A DNA stretch of 43,876 nucleotides from a virus. Its lineage: Duplodnaviria > Heunggongvirae > Uroviricota > Caudoviricetes. Location of the stretch: the IMG/VR virus record IMGVR_UViG_3300020577_007897. One strand, 5' to 3'. The notes below the pieces were generated by a model, which worked only from the letters and a program-made list of their open reading frames with translations, ran no database searches and was not told the origin of the DNA. How positions within the stretch are numbered: position 1 is the stretch's first letter; every line of letters begins with the position of its first letter. The translations under genes were made by a program, and so were the position numbers. Below, piece after piece: positions 1-9,891 of the stretch.

Positions 1-170
1 GGAAAGCATTCCGAATCAGAGCGCTCGATTAAGATTATTGTTAATCGAATGAACAAGCTTGCCAAGATTAACCGTACGTTGTTGAATACGCATGGTGATC
101 ATCACGCTTGGCTTGTTAATGGTAAGCGTCTTTATGTTGCTTACTTTCATGAAAATCAAGAATACGTGAA

Positions 171-437
171 ATGACAGAATCAGAGCGCTGCAAGAAAATG
201 ATGGGTGAGTGCAATATTCCAAAATCGACAACTCCCTATCGTGTTTCTCTATCTAAAAATCTGGCGCATATGGATGCTCCCTGGGAAGTTAAACTATATT
301 GTGCATATGGCTGGATGAGCACTCAATCATTTGCTGATAAAGACAGGGCGCTAGATATTCTAGATCAAATTGCAGAGAGCCATAACCTAGATAATGTAGG
401 TGCGCATAAAGGTTCTCTAACTTACTACAGATTCTAA
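171..437 (+). CDS. hypothetical protein
   Basis: 88-aa ORF; no recognisable motif. Confidence 0.5.
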   Translation: MTESERCKKMMGECNIPKSTTPYRVSLSKNLAHMDAPWEVKLYCAYGWMSTQSFADKDRALDILDQIAESHNLDNVGAHKGSLTYYRF

Positions 438-442
438 ACTGA

Positions 443-480
443 AGAGCTCCTAAATAGGTGGACAACCTTTTAGGAGCTTT
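443..480 (+). promoter_or_regulatory. T4-type late promoter (CCTAAATA 449-456) inside an RBS-sequestering hairpin
   Basis: AGAGCTCCTAAA (443-454) pairs with TTTAGGAGCTTT (469-480), which contains the SD for ATG 485. Confidence 0.7.
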
Positions 481-484
481 TCTT

Positions 485-1246
485 ATGGGCTATAAACTCA
501 AGAACGTTTATTTGGTCAACAAATCTACTGTTGTAACCAATACTGAACTGAATAAAATGGCGCTCGCAATTCAAAAGCAAGTGCAAGAACATTTCGCTCC
601 TGCCTGGGGCATTTCGGCTTACGTCAAAGTCGTAAACGATACTTCCAAAATACAACCCACCTCATATAACGGCATTATCTATATTGTAGATACTCCAGAC
701 CAAAAAGGGTTGGATGGAGTACTAGGATATCATGATTATTTGGATAGCGGCCAGCCTATTGGGTATGTATTTGCTGCAGTTGATAAGAAGTATGGTCTAG
801 AGGTTTCTGTTACTCTATCTCATGAAGTTCTTGAGATGTTGGGTGACGTTTTCTGTAACTGGTCAACTCTAGTTGATATTAATAGAGTACCAACTCTTAT
901 TGCAATTGAAGTATGCGATCCAGTAGAAGATGATTCTGAAGCATATTTAATTGACGGTGTAAAAGTTTCTAACTTTGTAATGCCTGATTGGTTTGAACCC
1001 AATTCCAAAGCTAAAGTTTTAGATTATCTTAAGCTATGTAAAGCACCGCTAGAAATTAGACCAGGTGGTTATATTGCTGCTTTCCGTATTGGCAAAGATA
1101 AAGGTTGGATTAATATTGAAGGTCCAAACGCTAAGAGATTGCATATCAAAGAAGAAGCAAGACCAGAATTTACGCGTACAGCTAAGCGCAATAAAATTCT
1201 ATTGCTCCAGGAAAATTACATTAACGAATGTTTTAAGGATTGCTAA
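485..1246 (+). CDS. hypothetical protein with HExxE metal-binding-like motif
   Basis: SD AGGAG then ATG 485; motifs LGYHD, TLSHEVLEML, EVCDPVE, VSNFVMPDWF. Confidence 0.7.
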   Translation: MGYKLKNVYLVNKSTVVTNTELNKMALAIQKQVQEHFAPAWGISAYVKVVNDTSKIQPTSYNGIIYIVDTPDQKGLDGVLGYHDYLDSGQPIGYVFAAVDKKYGLEVSVTLSHEVLEMLGDVFCNWSTLVDINRVPTLIAIEVCDPVEDDSEAYLIDGVKVSNFVMPDWFEPNSKAKVLDYLKLCKAPLEIRPGGYIAAFRIGKDKGWINIEGPNAKRLHIKEEARPEFTRTAKRNKILLLQENYINECFKDC

Positions 1247-1296
1247 ATATTCAGGTCCTTTAGGCCTGCAAAAATCATACCAAGTGAAAGTTAATC

Positions 1297-2286
1297 ATGC
1301 TAGATATATCTAAGTTCTACGTTATTACCGTATGTTCAAATCCTGTAAGATACCAAGCGCGCTGGAAACTTCTAAAAGAGTTTGAACAACATATTGCCGA
1401 ATTGGGCGGCAAGTTAATTATTGTAGAGCAGGCATTTGGAAACCGCGAATTCCAAATCACGTCTGCACATAACCCAATGCACCTTCAATTAAGAACTGAT
1501 CATGAACTCTGGCACAAAGAGAATATGATCAACCTGGGTGTCCAACATCTTACCCGCATGGACCCAGATTTTGAATATGTTGCCTGGATCGATGGCGATA
1601 TAATTTTCCAACGCAAAGACATTCTACTTGAAACTGCTCAGCAGCTGCAGCATTATGATGTAGTGCAGATGTTTTCCCATGTTATTGACATGGGACCTTC
1701 TATGGAATATATTCAGCAGAATAATGGCTTTGTTTATATGTACCATCAGAACCTTTGCTACCCTCCTGAGACAAATGGTCATGGTGGATATTATGCAGCA
1801 GCCAAGCATTCTGGAAAGCCTTTCTGGCATCCTGGTTATGCATGGGCCGCTAGACGTCGTTTCTTCGATAAGATTCAGCTAATGGATCAGGCTATTTTGG
1901 GCGCTGGTGATCATCACATGGCACTAGGTCTTATTGGTCAGGCCGCCAGATCTCTTCCAGGTCATTGCTCCCCGGGCTATAAAAATATGGTGCTGGGATG
2001 GCAAAACCAAGCACAGCATGCATTTAAACGTAATATTGGATTTGTTCCTGGTCTTATTACTCATAATTGGCATGGTAAGAAAAGTGATCGCAAGTATGTT
2101 GAGCGCTGGCAGATTATTACCAAGAATAAGTTTGATCCTGTGACAGACTTGACTAGAGACTCATATGGTCTATGGCGCTTGAATATGGCACACGGTGAAC
2201 GTTCTATTCGTTTGCGTGATGATATCCGTATTTACTTCCGTCAGCGTAACGAAGACTCTATTGATTGGGATGGCCGCATTGTCTAA
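1297..2286 (+). CDS. glycosyltransferase-like protein (GT-A fold, DxD)
   Basis: YVAWIDGDIIF DxD motif, HKENMINLG, C-terminal HNWHG; CTAAATA at 1243-1249 upstream. Confidence 0.6.
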   Translation: MLDISKFYVITVCSNPVRYQARWKLLKEFEQHIAELGGKLIIVEQAFGNREFQITSAHNPMHLQLRTDHELWHKENMINLGVQHLTRMDPDFEYVAWIDGDIIFQRKDILLETAQQLQHYDVVQMFSHVIDMGPSMEYIQQNNGFVYMYHQNLCYPPETNGHGGYYAAAKHSGKPFWHPGYAWAARRRFFDKIQLMDQAILGAGDHHMALGLIGQAARSLPGHCSPGYKNMVLGWQNQAQHAFKRNIGFVPGLITHNWHGKKSDRKYVERWQIITKNKFDPVTDLTRDSYGLWRLNMAHGERSIRLRDDIRIYFRQRNEDSIDWDGRIV

Positions 2287-2443
2287 CTTTTCTCTTCTTA
2301 AATGGTATGAAGGCCTGAATACTGAAGAATCAATTCAGTATTTGGTCGATAATTTACCCAAAGATAAAATTGCAAAAACACTTGCATGGAATGCCGCAAG
2401 TTTAGCACGAGAACGCGTTAAAGCTTTGGAAGCTAGCTACTAA
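2270..2443 (+). CDS. small hypothetical protein
   Basis: fills gap before polymerase; start uncertain (track gives 2195). Confidence 0.35.
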   Translation: MAALSNFSLLKWYEGLNTEESIQYLVDNLPKDKIAKTLAWNAASLARERVKALEASY

Positions 2444-2503
2444 TACTTGCCTTGTTGACTGATCCAGCTATAATACAGTATTGATCAACAGCAGGGCAAG
2501 TTA

Positions 2504-5008
2504 ATGCATTTTTACACACATGTTGCACAAGAGCGCGGTCAGATCCTTCTAAGAGGTGTTAAGGATGGCCGTCGCTATAAGGAGAGAGTGCGCTATAAGC
2601 CATATCTCTTCATTCCTTCTCCTGAACCAGCTGGATACAAGACAATTGACGGTAAGCACGTCAAGAAGATGGACTTTGACAGCATTTGGGATGCACGTAA
2701 GTTTTACTATCAGTACCAGGACGTAGAAGGTTTCAGTATCTATGGAACCAACCGTTTTGAGTATCTATTCATCTACGACAAGTTCAAGAACATAGAGTTT
2801 GATACTTCCAAGTTGGTTGTTTGTACAGCCGATATCGAAGTCAGCATGGAAGACGGACCTCCGGACTTTGATACTGCTGATAAGCCTATTACTGCTATCA
2901 CGCTAATGTATGACGATATTACATTTGCGTTGGGGCTTGGTGATTATACTCCTTCTGACTCTTCTGTCAAGTATATCAAGTGCAGAGACGAAGAAGATAT
3001 GCTTGTTAAGTTCCTTCGCGTATGGACATCTGATGCTTATTTTCCGGATGTTATTACTGGCTGGAACACCAATACATTTGATATTCCCTACATTGTTAAT
3101 CGCCTGGTTCAAGTGCTTGGTGAAGAGGAAGCAAAGCGTCTTTCTCCATGGAAGGTATTGAAACCTCGTACATATGAATATATGGGACGTGAAGTTCATG
3201 CATTTGATATTGTAGGTGTGAGTGCACTTGACTATCTAGAGCTCTATAAGAAGTTCATTCTTAAACCTCGTGAGAGATATTCTCTGGACTATATCTCATA
3301 TGTAGAGCTTGATGAACGTAAGACAGACTACTCTGAATATGGCACGCTGAATGAACTGTATAAGCAGAATCATCAGCTGTTCATGGAATATAACGTGAGA
3401 GATTGTCTGCTAGTTAAACGTCTAGATGAGAAGCTTAAGCTACTTTCACTTGTATATGAATTTGCGTACGATTCAGGTATCAACTATATCGATGCTATGA
3501 CTTCTGTGCGTTCTTGGGACGTTATTATTCATAACTTCCTTATGGACAAGCACATTGTTGTTCCTATGCAGAAGTATCAGAAAGGTAATACTGGCGTTAT
3601 TGGCGCACATGTCAAATCACCTATTGTGGGCATGCATCCCTGGGTAGTTTCATTTGACTTGGCTTCTCTGTATCCATCTCTCATTATGTCATATAACATC
3701 TCACCAGATACATTTGCTGGCATGATGTCTCTTACTCAATCTCATGAAGAGAAGGTTGATCAATGGCTTGAAGAATTGCCTGATGAGATTGCTCAGAAGC
3801 TAGATCAAAACAACGTATCCATGGCTGCTAATGGTGCGATGTTCCGTAAAGATAAGCAGGGGTTCCTTTCTGTATTGATGGAACAGCTATTTGAAAAGCG
3901 TAAGGTGTACAAGAAGAAGATGCTTGACACCAAGAAAGAATACGAAAGGACGAAAGATGGAAGTCTTAAAAACGATATTTCCAAATATGATAATCTCCAG
4001 CTTGCAGCAAAAGTCAAGCTCAACTCAGCCTACGGAGCACTCGCAAACGAAGGATTTAGATTCTTCGACAGACGATTTGCAGAAGCCATCACCCTCTCAG
4101 GGCAGCTTACTATTCGATGGGCTGAGACAGTTATCAACCGATTTATCAACTCCCAACTTGGTACAAGTGATCGCGATTATATTATTGCTAGCGATACCGA
4201 TTCTCTTTATATCAATATGGCAGGCATTGTCGATAGTTCCGGTCTAAAAGATACAAAACAGATTGTCGACTATCTAGATCAGTTCTGCGAGAAGCAAATG
4301 CAGCCTGTACTGGATGCTGCTTATAAAGAGCTAGCTGACCGCATGCGCTGTCATAAGCAGGCTCTTTATATGAAGCGAGAGTCTATTTCTGAACGCGGCA
4401 TCTTCCTCGCAAAGAAGCGTTATGCTCTCAAGATGTGGGATAACGAAGGTGTTCGTTATTCGCCTGCTGAATTGAAGATGATGGGTGTCGAAGCTATTCG
4501 TTCATCTACTCCAACAGCATGTCGAGAAGCTATTAAAGAGACTCTTAACCTTATCCTCAATGAGAATGAGGAGACAGTTCAGAAGTATATCGCAGACTTT
4601 AAGAAGAAGTTCTTCTCACTTCCGTTTGAAGATATTGCTCGTAATAGTTCACTAGGTGCTCTCGATGATTATGAAACTAGTACTGGTGATTCTAGATTAG
4701 GTACTCCTAATCATGTTAAGGGCGCTATTCTCTACAATAATCTTCTGAAGAAGCATAAACTCAAAGGTAAGTACAATATGATCTATCGTAAAGACAAGAT
4801 CAAATATGTTTACCTTAAGGATCCTAATCCAACGTTTATTAATGTAATTGCTACACCTGGACCTTTGCCATCTCAGTTTGGTTTAGACAACTATATCGAT
4901 AAACAGAAACAATTTGATAAGACTTATATGGAACCTATCAAAGGTATTCTCGAAAAAATTGGTTGGGAAACAGAACAACGCAATAAGGTTTCATCTTTTT
5001 TTGGGTAG
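2504..5008 (+). CDS. 43: family B DNA polymerase (T4 gp43-like)
   Basis: exonuclease DIEV, GWNTNTFDIPY, LDYLELYKKF; polymerase SFDLASLYPS, KVKLNSAYG, ASDTDSLY, KKRYAL. Confidence 0.98.
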   Translation: MHFYTHVAQERGQILLRGVKDGRRYKERVRYKPYLFIPSPEPAGYKTIDGKHVKKMDFDSIWDARKFYYQYQDVEGFSIYGTNRFEYLFIYDKFKNIEFDTSKLVVCTADIEVSMEDGPPDFDTADKPITAITLMYDDITFALGLGDYTPSDSSVKYIKCRDEEDMLVKFLRVWTSDAYFPDVITGWNTNTFDIPYIVNRLVQVLGEEEAKRLSPWKVLKPRTYEYMGREVHAFDIVGVSALDYLELYKKFILKPRERYSLDYISYVELDERKTDYSEYGTLNELYKQNHQLFMEYNVRDCLLVKRLDEKLKLLSLVYEFAYDSGINYIDAMTSVRSWDVIIHNFLMDKHIVVPMQKYQKGNTGVIGAHVKSPIVGMHPWVVSFDLASLYPSLIMSYNISPDTFAGMMSLTQSHEEKVDQWLEELPDEIAQKLDQNNVSMAANGAMFRKDKQGFLSVLMEQLFEKRKVYKKKMLDTKKEYERTKDGSLKNDISKYDNLQLAAKVKLNSAYGALANEGFRFFDRRFAEAITLSGQLTIRWAETVINRFINSQLGTSDRDYIIASDTDSLYINMAGIVDSSGLKDTKQIVDYLDQFCEKQMQPVLDAAYKELADRMRCHKQALYMKRESISERGIFLAKKRYALKMWDNEGVRYSPAELKMMGVEAIRSSTPTACREAIKETLNLILNENEETVQKYIADFKKKFFSLPFEDIARNSSLGALDDYETSTGDSRLGTPNHVKGAILYNNLLKKHKLKGKYNMIYRKDKIKYVYLKDPNPTFINVIATPGPLPSQFGLDNYIDKQKQFDKTYMEPIKGILEKIGWETEQRNKVSSFFG

Positions 5009-5190
5009 AGAATCTAACTGCTTGATATCTAACAAAACATTGTTTCCTTGAGAATCAATGGGTTAGGTTAACTCCTTGTTTTCCATGGAAACTTGGTAGT
5101 GGCCTTCTTGTGCAACAGGCATTATATTATATAATGTAGGGTCGTGGCAGCACGATTTTACATTGCTCTTTCTCAAACAATGAGGTTACC

Positions 5191-6102
5191 ATGCTAAATG
5201 GAATCGCACGTTTTGTTGCGATTAGCTTGTCTATTGCAGCTGGATCTATTTCCGTATTAGGTTTGGCCGCGATATTCTCTGGTGCATATTGGTATGTTAT
5301 TGTCGTTGCTTCTCTTTTAGAGATTGCAAAGGTAGTAACTGCAGCATGGCTCGAACGTAACTGGATTACGGTTTCAGGTAAACTGAAAACCTATCTAGTC
5401 ATTGCTACCACCGTATTGATGCTGATTACATCTCTCGGCATTTATGGGTTCTTCTCTCGCGCCCATTTGGAGCAACAGGTTCAGCTAAGCACTGGCGAAA
5501 CTTCTCAAATTCCGCTTATCCAGTCAAAAATCGATTCTCAGAAATCGGTTGCGGCTGATCTCGATAAGCAGATTTCACTGATAGATAATGCTCTATCAGC
5601 TATGACCGAGAAGGGCAGGGCGAGTGATGCACGTCAAGCACTTATTGAAGCTGCGAAGCAACGTAAGGAACGCGACGTGCTGGTTGCAAAGAAAGAGGAG
5701 GTTGTTAACAAACTCATCCCTCTCCAAGCCGAAAAGGCGCGACTGGAGAACGTTGTTAAGCGCAACGAAGTTGAAGTTGGCCCCCTCAAGTATATTGCAG
5801 CCTTCTTTGGCGATGAAAATAGCGAAGCTACCCTAGAAAAGGCGGTGCGCTATTTGATTCTGGTGATTGTTGCTGTGTTCGATCCACTTGCAATTGCTTT
5901 GTTGCTCGCTTCGAATCACAAACAAAAACGTCCAACTGTTAAGGTCCTCCGCACCCGCAATCCGGTAGATGGCAAGAAAATTGCAATTTATCGAGCGAAG
6001 GGTAAGACCTACTACTGGACTCCAAAGAAAAAAGAGCGTAAGCAAGCCGTACTCAATATCACGATTCCGAAATTTCTGAGGTCGAATCGTAAGGCTAGCT
6101 AG
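5191..6102 (+). CDS. membrane protein with coiled coil
   Basis: three N-terminal TM helices, coiled-coil middle, VGPLKY...VFDPLAIALL C-terminal TM; type seen in T4-like phages. Confidence 0.75.
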   Translation: MLNGIARFVAISLSIAAGSISVLGLAAIFSGAYWYVIVVASLLEIAKVVTAAWLERNWITVSGKLKTYLVIATTVLMLITSLGIYGFFSRAHLEQQVQLSTGETSQIPLIQSKIDSQKSVAADLDKQISLIDNALSAMTEKGRASDARQALIEAAKQRKERDVLVAKKEEVVNKLIPLQAEKARLENVVKRNEVEVGPLKYIAAFFGDENSEATLEKAVRYLILVIVAVFDPLAIALLLASNHKQKRPTVKVLRTRNPVDGKKIAIYRAKGKTYYWTPKKKERKQAVLNITIPKFLRSNRKAS

Positions 6103-6107
6103 AGATC

Positions 6108-6141
6108 AACCCCGGTGGTATCAAACACCGGGGTTTTTCTT
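6108..6141 (+). terminator. intrinsic terminator
   Basis: AACCCCGGTG / CACCGGGGTT hairpin followed by T tract. Confidence 0.85.
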
Positions 6142-6226
6142 GTTTTGAGGCCCGATAAATACTATAATCATTATGTAAGAGGTAGCTCCTCTTGTAAAAT
6201 ACAACAGCATTTTTAAAGGATATTAC

Positions 6227-7252
6227 ATGAACAAACTGCTAGCTAAAATGCTAGACGCAGGTTCTCTCCCTTCGTCTGCTCTCGATGAATCTATTTTCTT
6301 CAACGAGAAAGAAGCTATTCCTACTGAACTCCCAATTCTAAACGTTGCATTCTCTGGTCGTCTTACTGGTGGTTTGACGAGCGGACTATCTGTGTTTGCA
6401 GGTGAATCAAAGTCATTCAAGACTATGTTGGCTCTCTACTGTATGAAAGCATACTTCGACAAGTACGAGGATTCTGTTGCAGTATTCTATGACTCTGAGT
6501 TTGGTACTCCTCCTGGTTATCTCAAGCAATTTGGGCTTGATCTCTCTCGTATTATTCACGTACCTATTATGCATATCGAAGCACTTAAGTTCGATTTGAC
6601 TAAGCGTCTTGAGTCAATTGATCGTGGTGAAAAGGTATTCATTATGGTTGACTCTCTAGGCAACCTAGCATCCAAGAAGGAAACTGAAGATGCTATGTCT
6701 GAAAAGAGTGTGGCAGACATGTCGAGAGCCAAAGCTATTAAGTCTCTCTTCCGTATCATCACGCCATATCTGACTACCAAGAATCTTCCTTGTATTATGA
6801 TTAACCACATCTACAAGGAAATCGGAATGTTCCCCAAGAACATTGTAGCAGGCGGTACTGGTATTATGTACTCAGCCAATCAGGTGTTTATTATCACCAA
6901 GGCTCAGGAAAAGGACTCTGCTACAGATAAGGAGATTGCAGGATATCGATTCACAATCAATATCGAGAAGTCTCGCTTTGTAAAGGAAAAGAGTAAACTT
7001 CCTTTTATTGTTCGTTATGACTCTGGCATTCAGAAGTATTCTGGTCTTTGGGACCTTGCTGTTGAGGCTGGTATCCTCAAGCAAGTAACCAAACAGTCTT
7101 ATGAAGTTGACGGTGTAAAAAGAAAGACGTCAGAATGGGAAGAAGATGTTGATTTCTGGGAAGATTTAATCCATAATAAGGCATTCAGTGACTACGTAAG
7201 TAGTAAGTATATGCTTTCAATGGAGAACAATTTGAACGATGACGACGAATGA
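6227..7252 (+). CDS. uvsX: RecA-like recombinase UvsX
   Basis: Walker A-like AGESKSFKT, YDSEFG, IMVDSLGNLASKKE, INHIYKEIGMFPK, GGTG..YSA, KSRFVKEK. Confidence 0.97.
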   Translation: MNKLLAKMLDAGSLPSSALDESIFFNEKEAIPTELPILNVAFSGRLTGGLTSGLSVFAGESKSFKTMLALYCMKAYFDKYEDSVAVFYDSEFGTPPGYLKQFGLDLSRIIHVPIMHIEALKFDLTKRLESIDRGEKVFIMVDSLGNLASKKETEDAMSEKSVADMSRAKAIKSLFRIITPYLTTKNLPCIMINHIYKEIGMFPKNIVAGGTGIMYSANQVFIITKAQEKDSATDKEIAGYRFTINIEKSRFVKEKSKLPFIVRYDSGIQKYSGLWDLAVEAGILKQVTKQSYEVDGVKRKTSEWEEDVDFWEDLIHNKAFSDYVSSKYMLSMENNLNDDDE

Positions 7253-7478
7253 TAGATACGCCATTACATATGGACACGATGAAATTGGGTTGAGGGCTGC
7301 AAAATGCCTTCAACCTGGCCTTTGTACTTGTGAAGTAGATATGAGCTCAGCACCTAGATGCGGGTATACTGCAGAAGAAGCCAAGCGATATATTATTGAA
7401 TACTACAAGCGCCGTGTTGCATATCTTGAGAAACAAAGTATAGAAGACTTCTTACACGATAGCGGATTTTACACTTGA
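7239..7478 (+). CDS. hypothetical protein
   Basis: ORF overlapping uvsX stop and helicase start. Confidence 0.6.
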   Translation: MTTNDRYAITYGHDEIGLRAAKCLQPGLCTCEVDMSSAPRCGYTAEEAKRYIIEYYKRRVAYLEKQSIEDFLHDSGFYT

Positions 7479-8875
7479 TCGAACATACCATACTTTCAAA
7501 CCTTGTACATAATGATAAGTATACAAGGAACGTTCTACCATTTATCAAAGCAGAGTATTTTACAGACACTACAGATAGACTTGTCTTTAATCACATAACA
7601 CAGTTTGTAGAAAAGTATAATGCTCTCCCCACCAAGGAAGCTTTGTATATTGAACTATCAAATGATAAGAGCTTAAACGAGAAACAATTTGAGTCAGCTC
7701 GTACTCTTATCTCTCAGCTAGATCCAACTGAGAATACTAGTGAGCAGTGGCTCATGGACCAGTCGGAAGCTTTCTGTCAAAGCAAAGCTATTTACAATGC
7801 TATTCATAAGGTGATTGCAATCTATGACAAAAAGCTTACCGAAGCGGCTGGCCGCATTCCTCAGCTATTACAAGATGCAATTTCCGTATCTTTTGATAGT
7901 ACTGTTGGTCATGATTTTGTTAATGACTCGGATCAACGTTATGACTCTTATTCCCGTGTAGAAAAGAGAATCTCTACTGGCCTGCACTTTGTTGATCTAA
8001 TCACCAAAGGTGGCTTCCCCAGAAAAACGTTTAACGTGTTTATCGGCCCTACTGGTGCTGGTAAGACTCTTTGCATGTGCTCTGTGGCAGCTAACATGCT
8101 TATGCTGGGTTATAACGTACTTTACATTACCCTGGAAATGGCAGAAGATCAGATCGGTAAACGAATCGATCAGAATCTTATGGACATGACTGAAGAAGAT
8201 CTTATCTTCTTGGGTAAGGATAAGTACAAGAAGAAGATGGATGAACTTAAGAAGACCATGACAGGTCGTCTGAAGATCAAAGAATATCCAACTTCATCTG
8301 CTCACGTAGGTCATTTTAGACATCTGCTGAATGATTTAAAGCTTAAGCAGAAGTTTATTCCAGACGTTATTTTTGTAGACTATGTTAACATTTGTGCTTC
8401 TAACCGTATGAAGCTTTCAGGCGATAGCTATGGTTATATCAAAGCTATTGCAGAAGAGCTTCGTGGTCTTTGTGTCGAAGAAAACGTTTGCATGATTACT
8501 GCTACACAGTCTAATCGTGATTCAATCTCTGCATCAGATTTCGATCTGAGAAATACTTCAGAGTCTATTGGTCTGCCAATGACTGCTGACTTTATGCTTG
8601 CTATTATCGTCACAGAAGAACTTGACGAACTTAATCAAATTATGTTTAAACAGCTAAAGAATAGATATTCAGACCCATCCAAGAATCGAAGATTTGTTGT
8701 GGGTGTTGATAAGGCTAAGATGAAGCTGTATGATGTGGAACAATCAGCTCAGGAAGGTTTGCTAGACGGTCCTGAAGCTGATAAGCCACTTATGGATAAA
8801 ACTAGGTTTGGTCAGGAGGATGATGAAAGAAGCAACAAGCAATTTGGCAATAATAAATTTAAAGGCTTTAGATAG
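7475..8875 (+). CDS. 41: replicative DnaB-like helicase (T4 gp41)
   Basis: GPTGAGKT, YITLEMAE, IKEYPTSSAH, FVDYVNIC, TATQSNR, SESIGLPMTAD, KQLKNRY. Confidence 0.97.
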   Translation: MIEHTILSNLVHNDKYTRNVLPFIKAEYFTDTTDRLVFNHITQFVEKYNALPTKEALYIELSNDKSLNEKQFESARTLISQLDPTENTSEQWLMDQSEAFCQSKAIYNAIHKVIAIYDKKLTEAAGRIPQLLQDAISVSFDSTVGHDFVNDSDQRYDSYSRVEKRISTGLHFVDLITKGGFPRKTFNVFIGPTGAGKTLCMCSVAANMLMLGYNVLYITLEMAEDQIGKRIDQNLMDMTEEDLIFLGKDKYKKKMDELKKTMTGRLKIKEYPTSSAHVGHFRHLLNDLKLKQKFIPDVIFVDYVNICASNRMKLSGDSYGYIKAIAEELRGLCVEENVCMITATQSNRDSISASDFDLRNTSESIGLPMTADFMLAIIVTEELDELNQIMFKQLKNRYSDPSKNRRFVVGVDKAKMKLYDVEQSAQEGLLDGPEADKPLMDKTRFGQEDDERSNKQFGNNKFKGFR

Positions 8876-8883
8876 GACACTAC

Positions 8884-8933
8884 ACTTTTGCATAAATACT
8901 CCTATACAACGTAGGAGGCATAAATGCAAAAGT
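8884..8933 (+). promoter_or_regulatory. late promoter within start-codon-sequestering hairpin
   Basis: ACTTTTGCAT (8884-8893) / ATGCAAAAGT (8924-8933); ATAAATA 8892-8898; inner CTCCTA/TAGGAG. Confidence 0.7.
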
Positions 8934-9427
8934 ATGGGTTTACTTATATTTGGTTTGATAAAAAACACAAACGCTTTTATATAGGTTGTCATTGGGGCAC
9001 AGAAGATGACGGGTATATTTGCTCATCTAATTGGATGAGAGATGCATATAGACGTCGCCCAGAAGACTTTAAGCGTCGTATCATACAAAAAGGATTTGTT
9101 GATAGAACTGATTTGCATGAAGCAGAGTTTAAATTGCTTTCAAAAATTAAAGATGATGAGCTTGGTGTCAGGTATTATAATGTTCGCAAATGTCACTTCA
9201 GTCATTGGACAACAAAAAGCAATGCAAAGAAAATTGCAAAGCGCTGTGCGTGGCAAGTTGGCCTTCCTTCTGAACAACAACCTCGTTTTGGCAAACCTTG
9301 TCTTGAAGAGACAAGAAAAAAGATTAGTGAAAAATTGAAAGGAAGAAAATGGCCAGAAGGGTCTCGAAAAAAGAGAAGAAAGCACAAACGAGGAAAATAC
9401 AAAACTTACAGAGGCGTTGCTAGATGA
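8924..9427 (+). CDS. GIY-YIG (Seg-like) homing endonuclease
   Basis: GFTYIW...FYIGCH...DGYICSS; C-terminal NUMOD3-like ETRKKISEKLKG. Confidence 0.85.
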   Translation: MQKYGFTYIWFDKKHKRFYIGCHWGTEDDGYICSSNWMRDAYRRRPEDFKRRIIQKGFVDRTDLHEAEFKLLSKIKDDELGVRYYNVRKCHFSHWTTKSNAKKIAKRCAWQVGLPSEQQPRFGKPCLEETRKKISEKLKGRKWPEGSRKKRRKHKRGKYKTYRGVAR

Positions 9428-9651
9428 TAGAAGAGATTGAATTACAATTTGATGTATCATTGAACACTATGATGATTAGGTATGCGCAGTTACAGACAGC
9501 TCATCAACATCTTATTGATTCAGCGTTTGAAGATAATGTACGTTTGTTCTTGCTAGACAATTTGCGCGCAGAACTTGAGCATATTAGAGTGATTTTGAAC
9601 AAGGAGATTCCAAATGAAATCAAAGCCCGTGAAGACACAGCAGCAGGGTAA
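9424..9651 (+). CDS. hypothetical protein
   Basis: ATGA-coupled ORF. Confidence 0.55.
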   Translation: MIEEIELQFDVSLNTMMIRYAQLQTAHQHLIDSAFEDNVRLFLLDNLRAELEHIRVILNKEIPNEIKAREDTAAG

Positions 9652-9826
9652 TTACTTTGTTCGAAAGAGCAAGAGAGGCTTCGAAGTAGTAGAAAAGCCT
9701 ACAGATCTTGTAGTTAAAATCTGCAAAGATCACGTTACAGCCACCAGTTTTAAGGTGATGCTTAACAAGTTTCGAGCTGGATTCCAAGGTTTTACACCAC
9801 CATTCTTTGCAGAAAAGGGCGCTTAA
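9614..9826 (+). CDS. hypothetical protein
   Basis: ends GFQGFTPPFF, a motif I associate with small T4-like proteins near gp41. Confidence 0.6.
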   Translation: MKSKPVKTQQQGNYFVRKSKRGFEVVEKPTDLVVKICKDHVTATSFKVMLNKFRAGFQGFTPPFFAEKGA

Positions 9827-9844
9827 CAGCGCCCTTTCTTTTTA
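9812..9844 (+). terminator. intrinsic terminator
   Basis: AAAGGGCGCT-TAAC-AGCGCCCTTT then T tract. Confidence 0.85.
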
Positions 9845-9891
9845 GATAAATACTATATTCGTTAACTATAAGAATCTATTGCAAGGATCCA

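Noticed and set aside
5009-5190. Origin or att-like site in the intergenic region after gp43 (AATCAATGGGTTA, TTTCCATGGAAA)
   Set aside because: Single occurrences with no iterons or integrase in the window; unsupported
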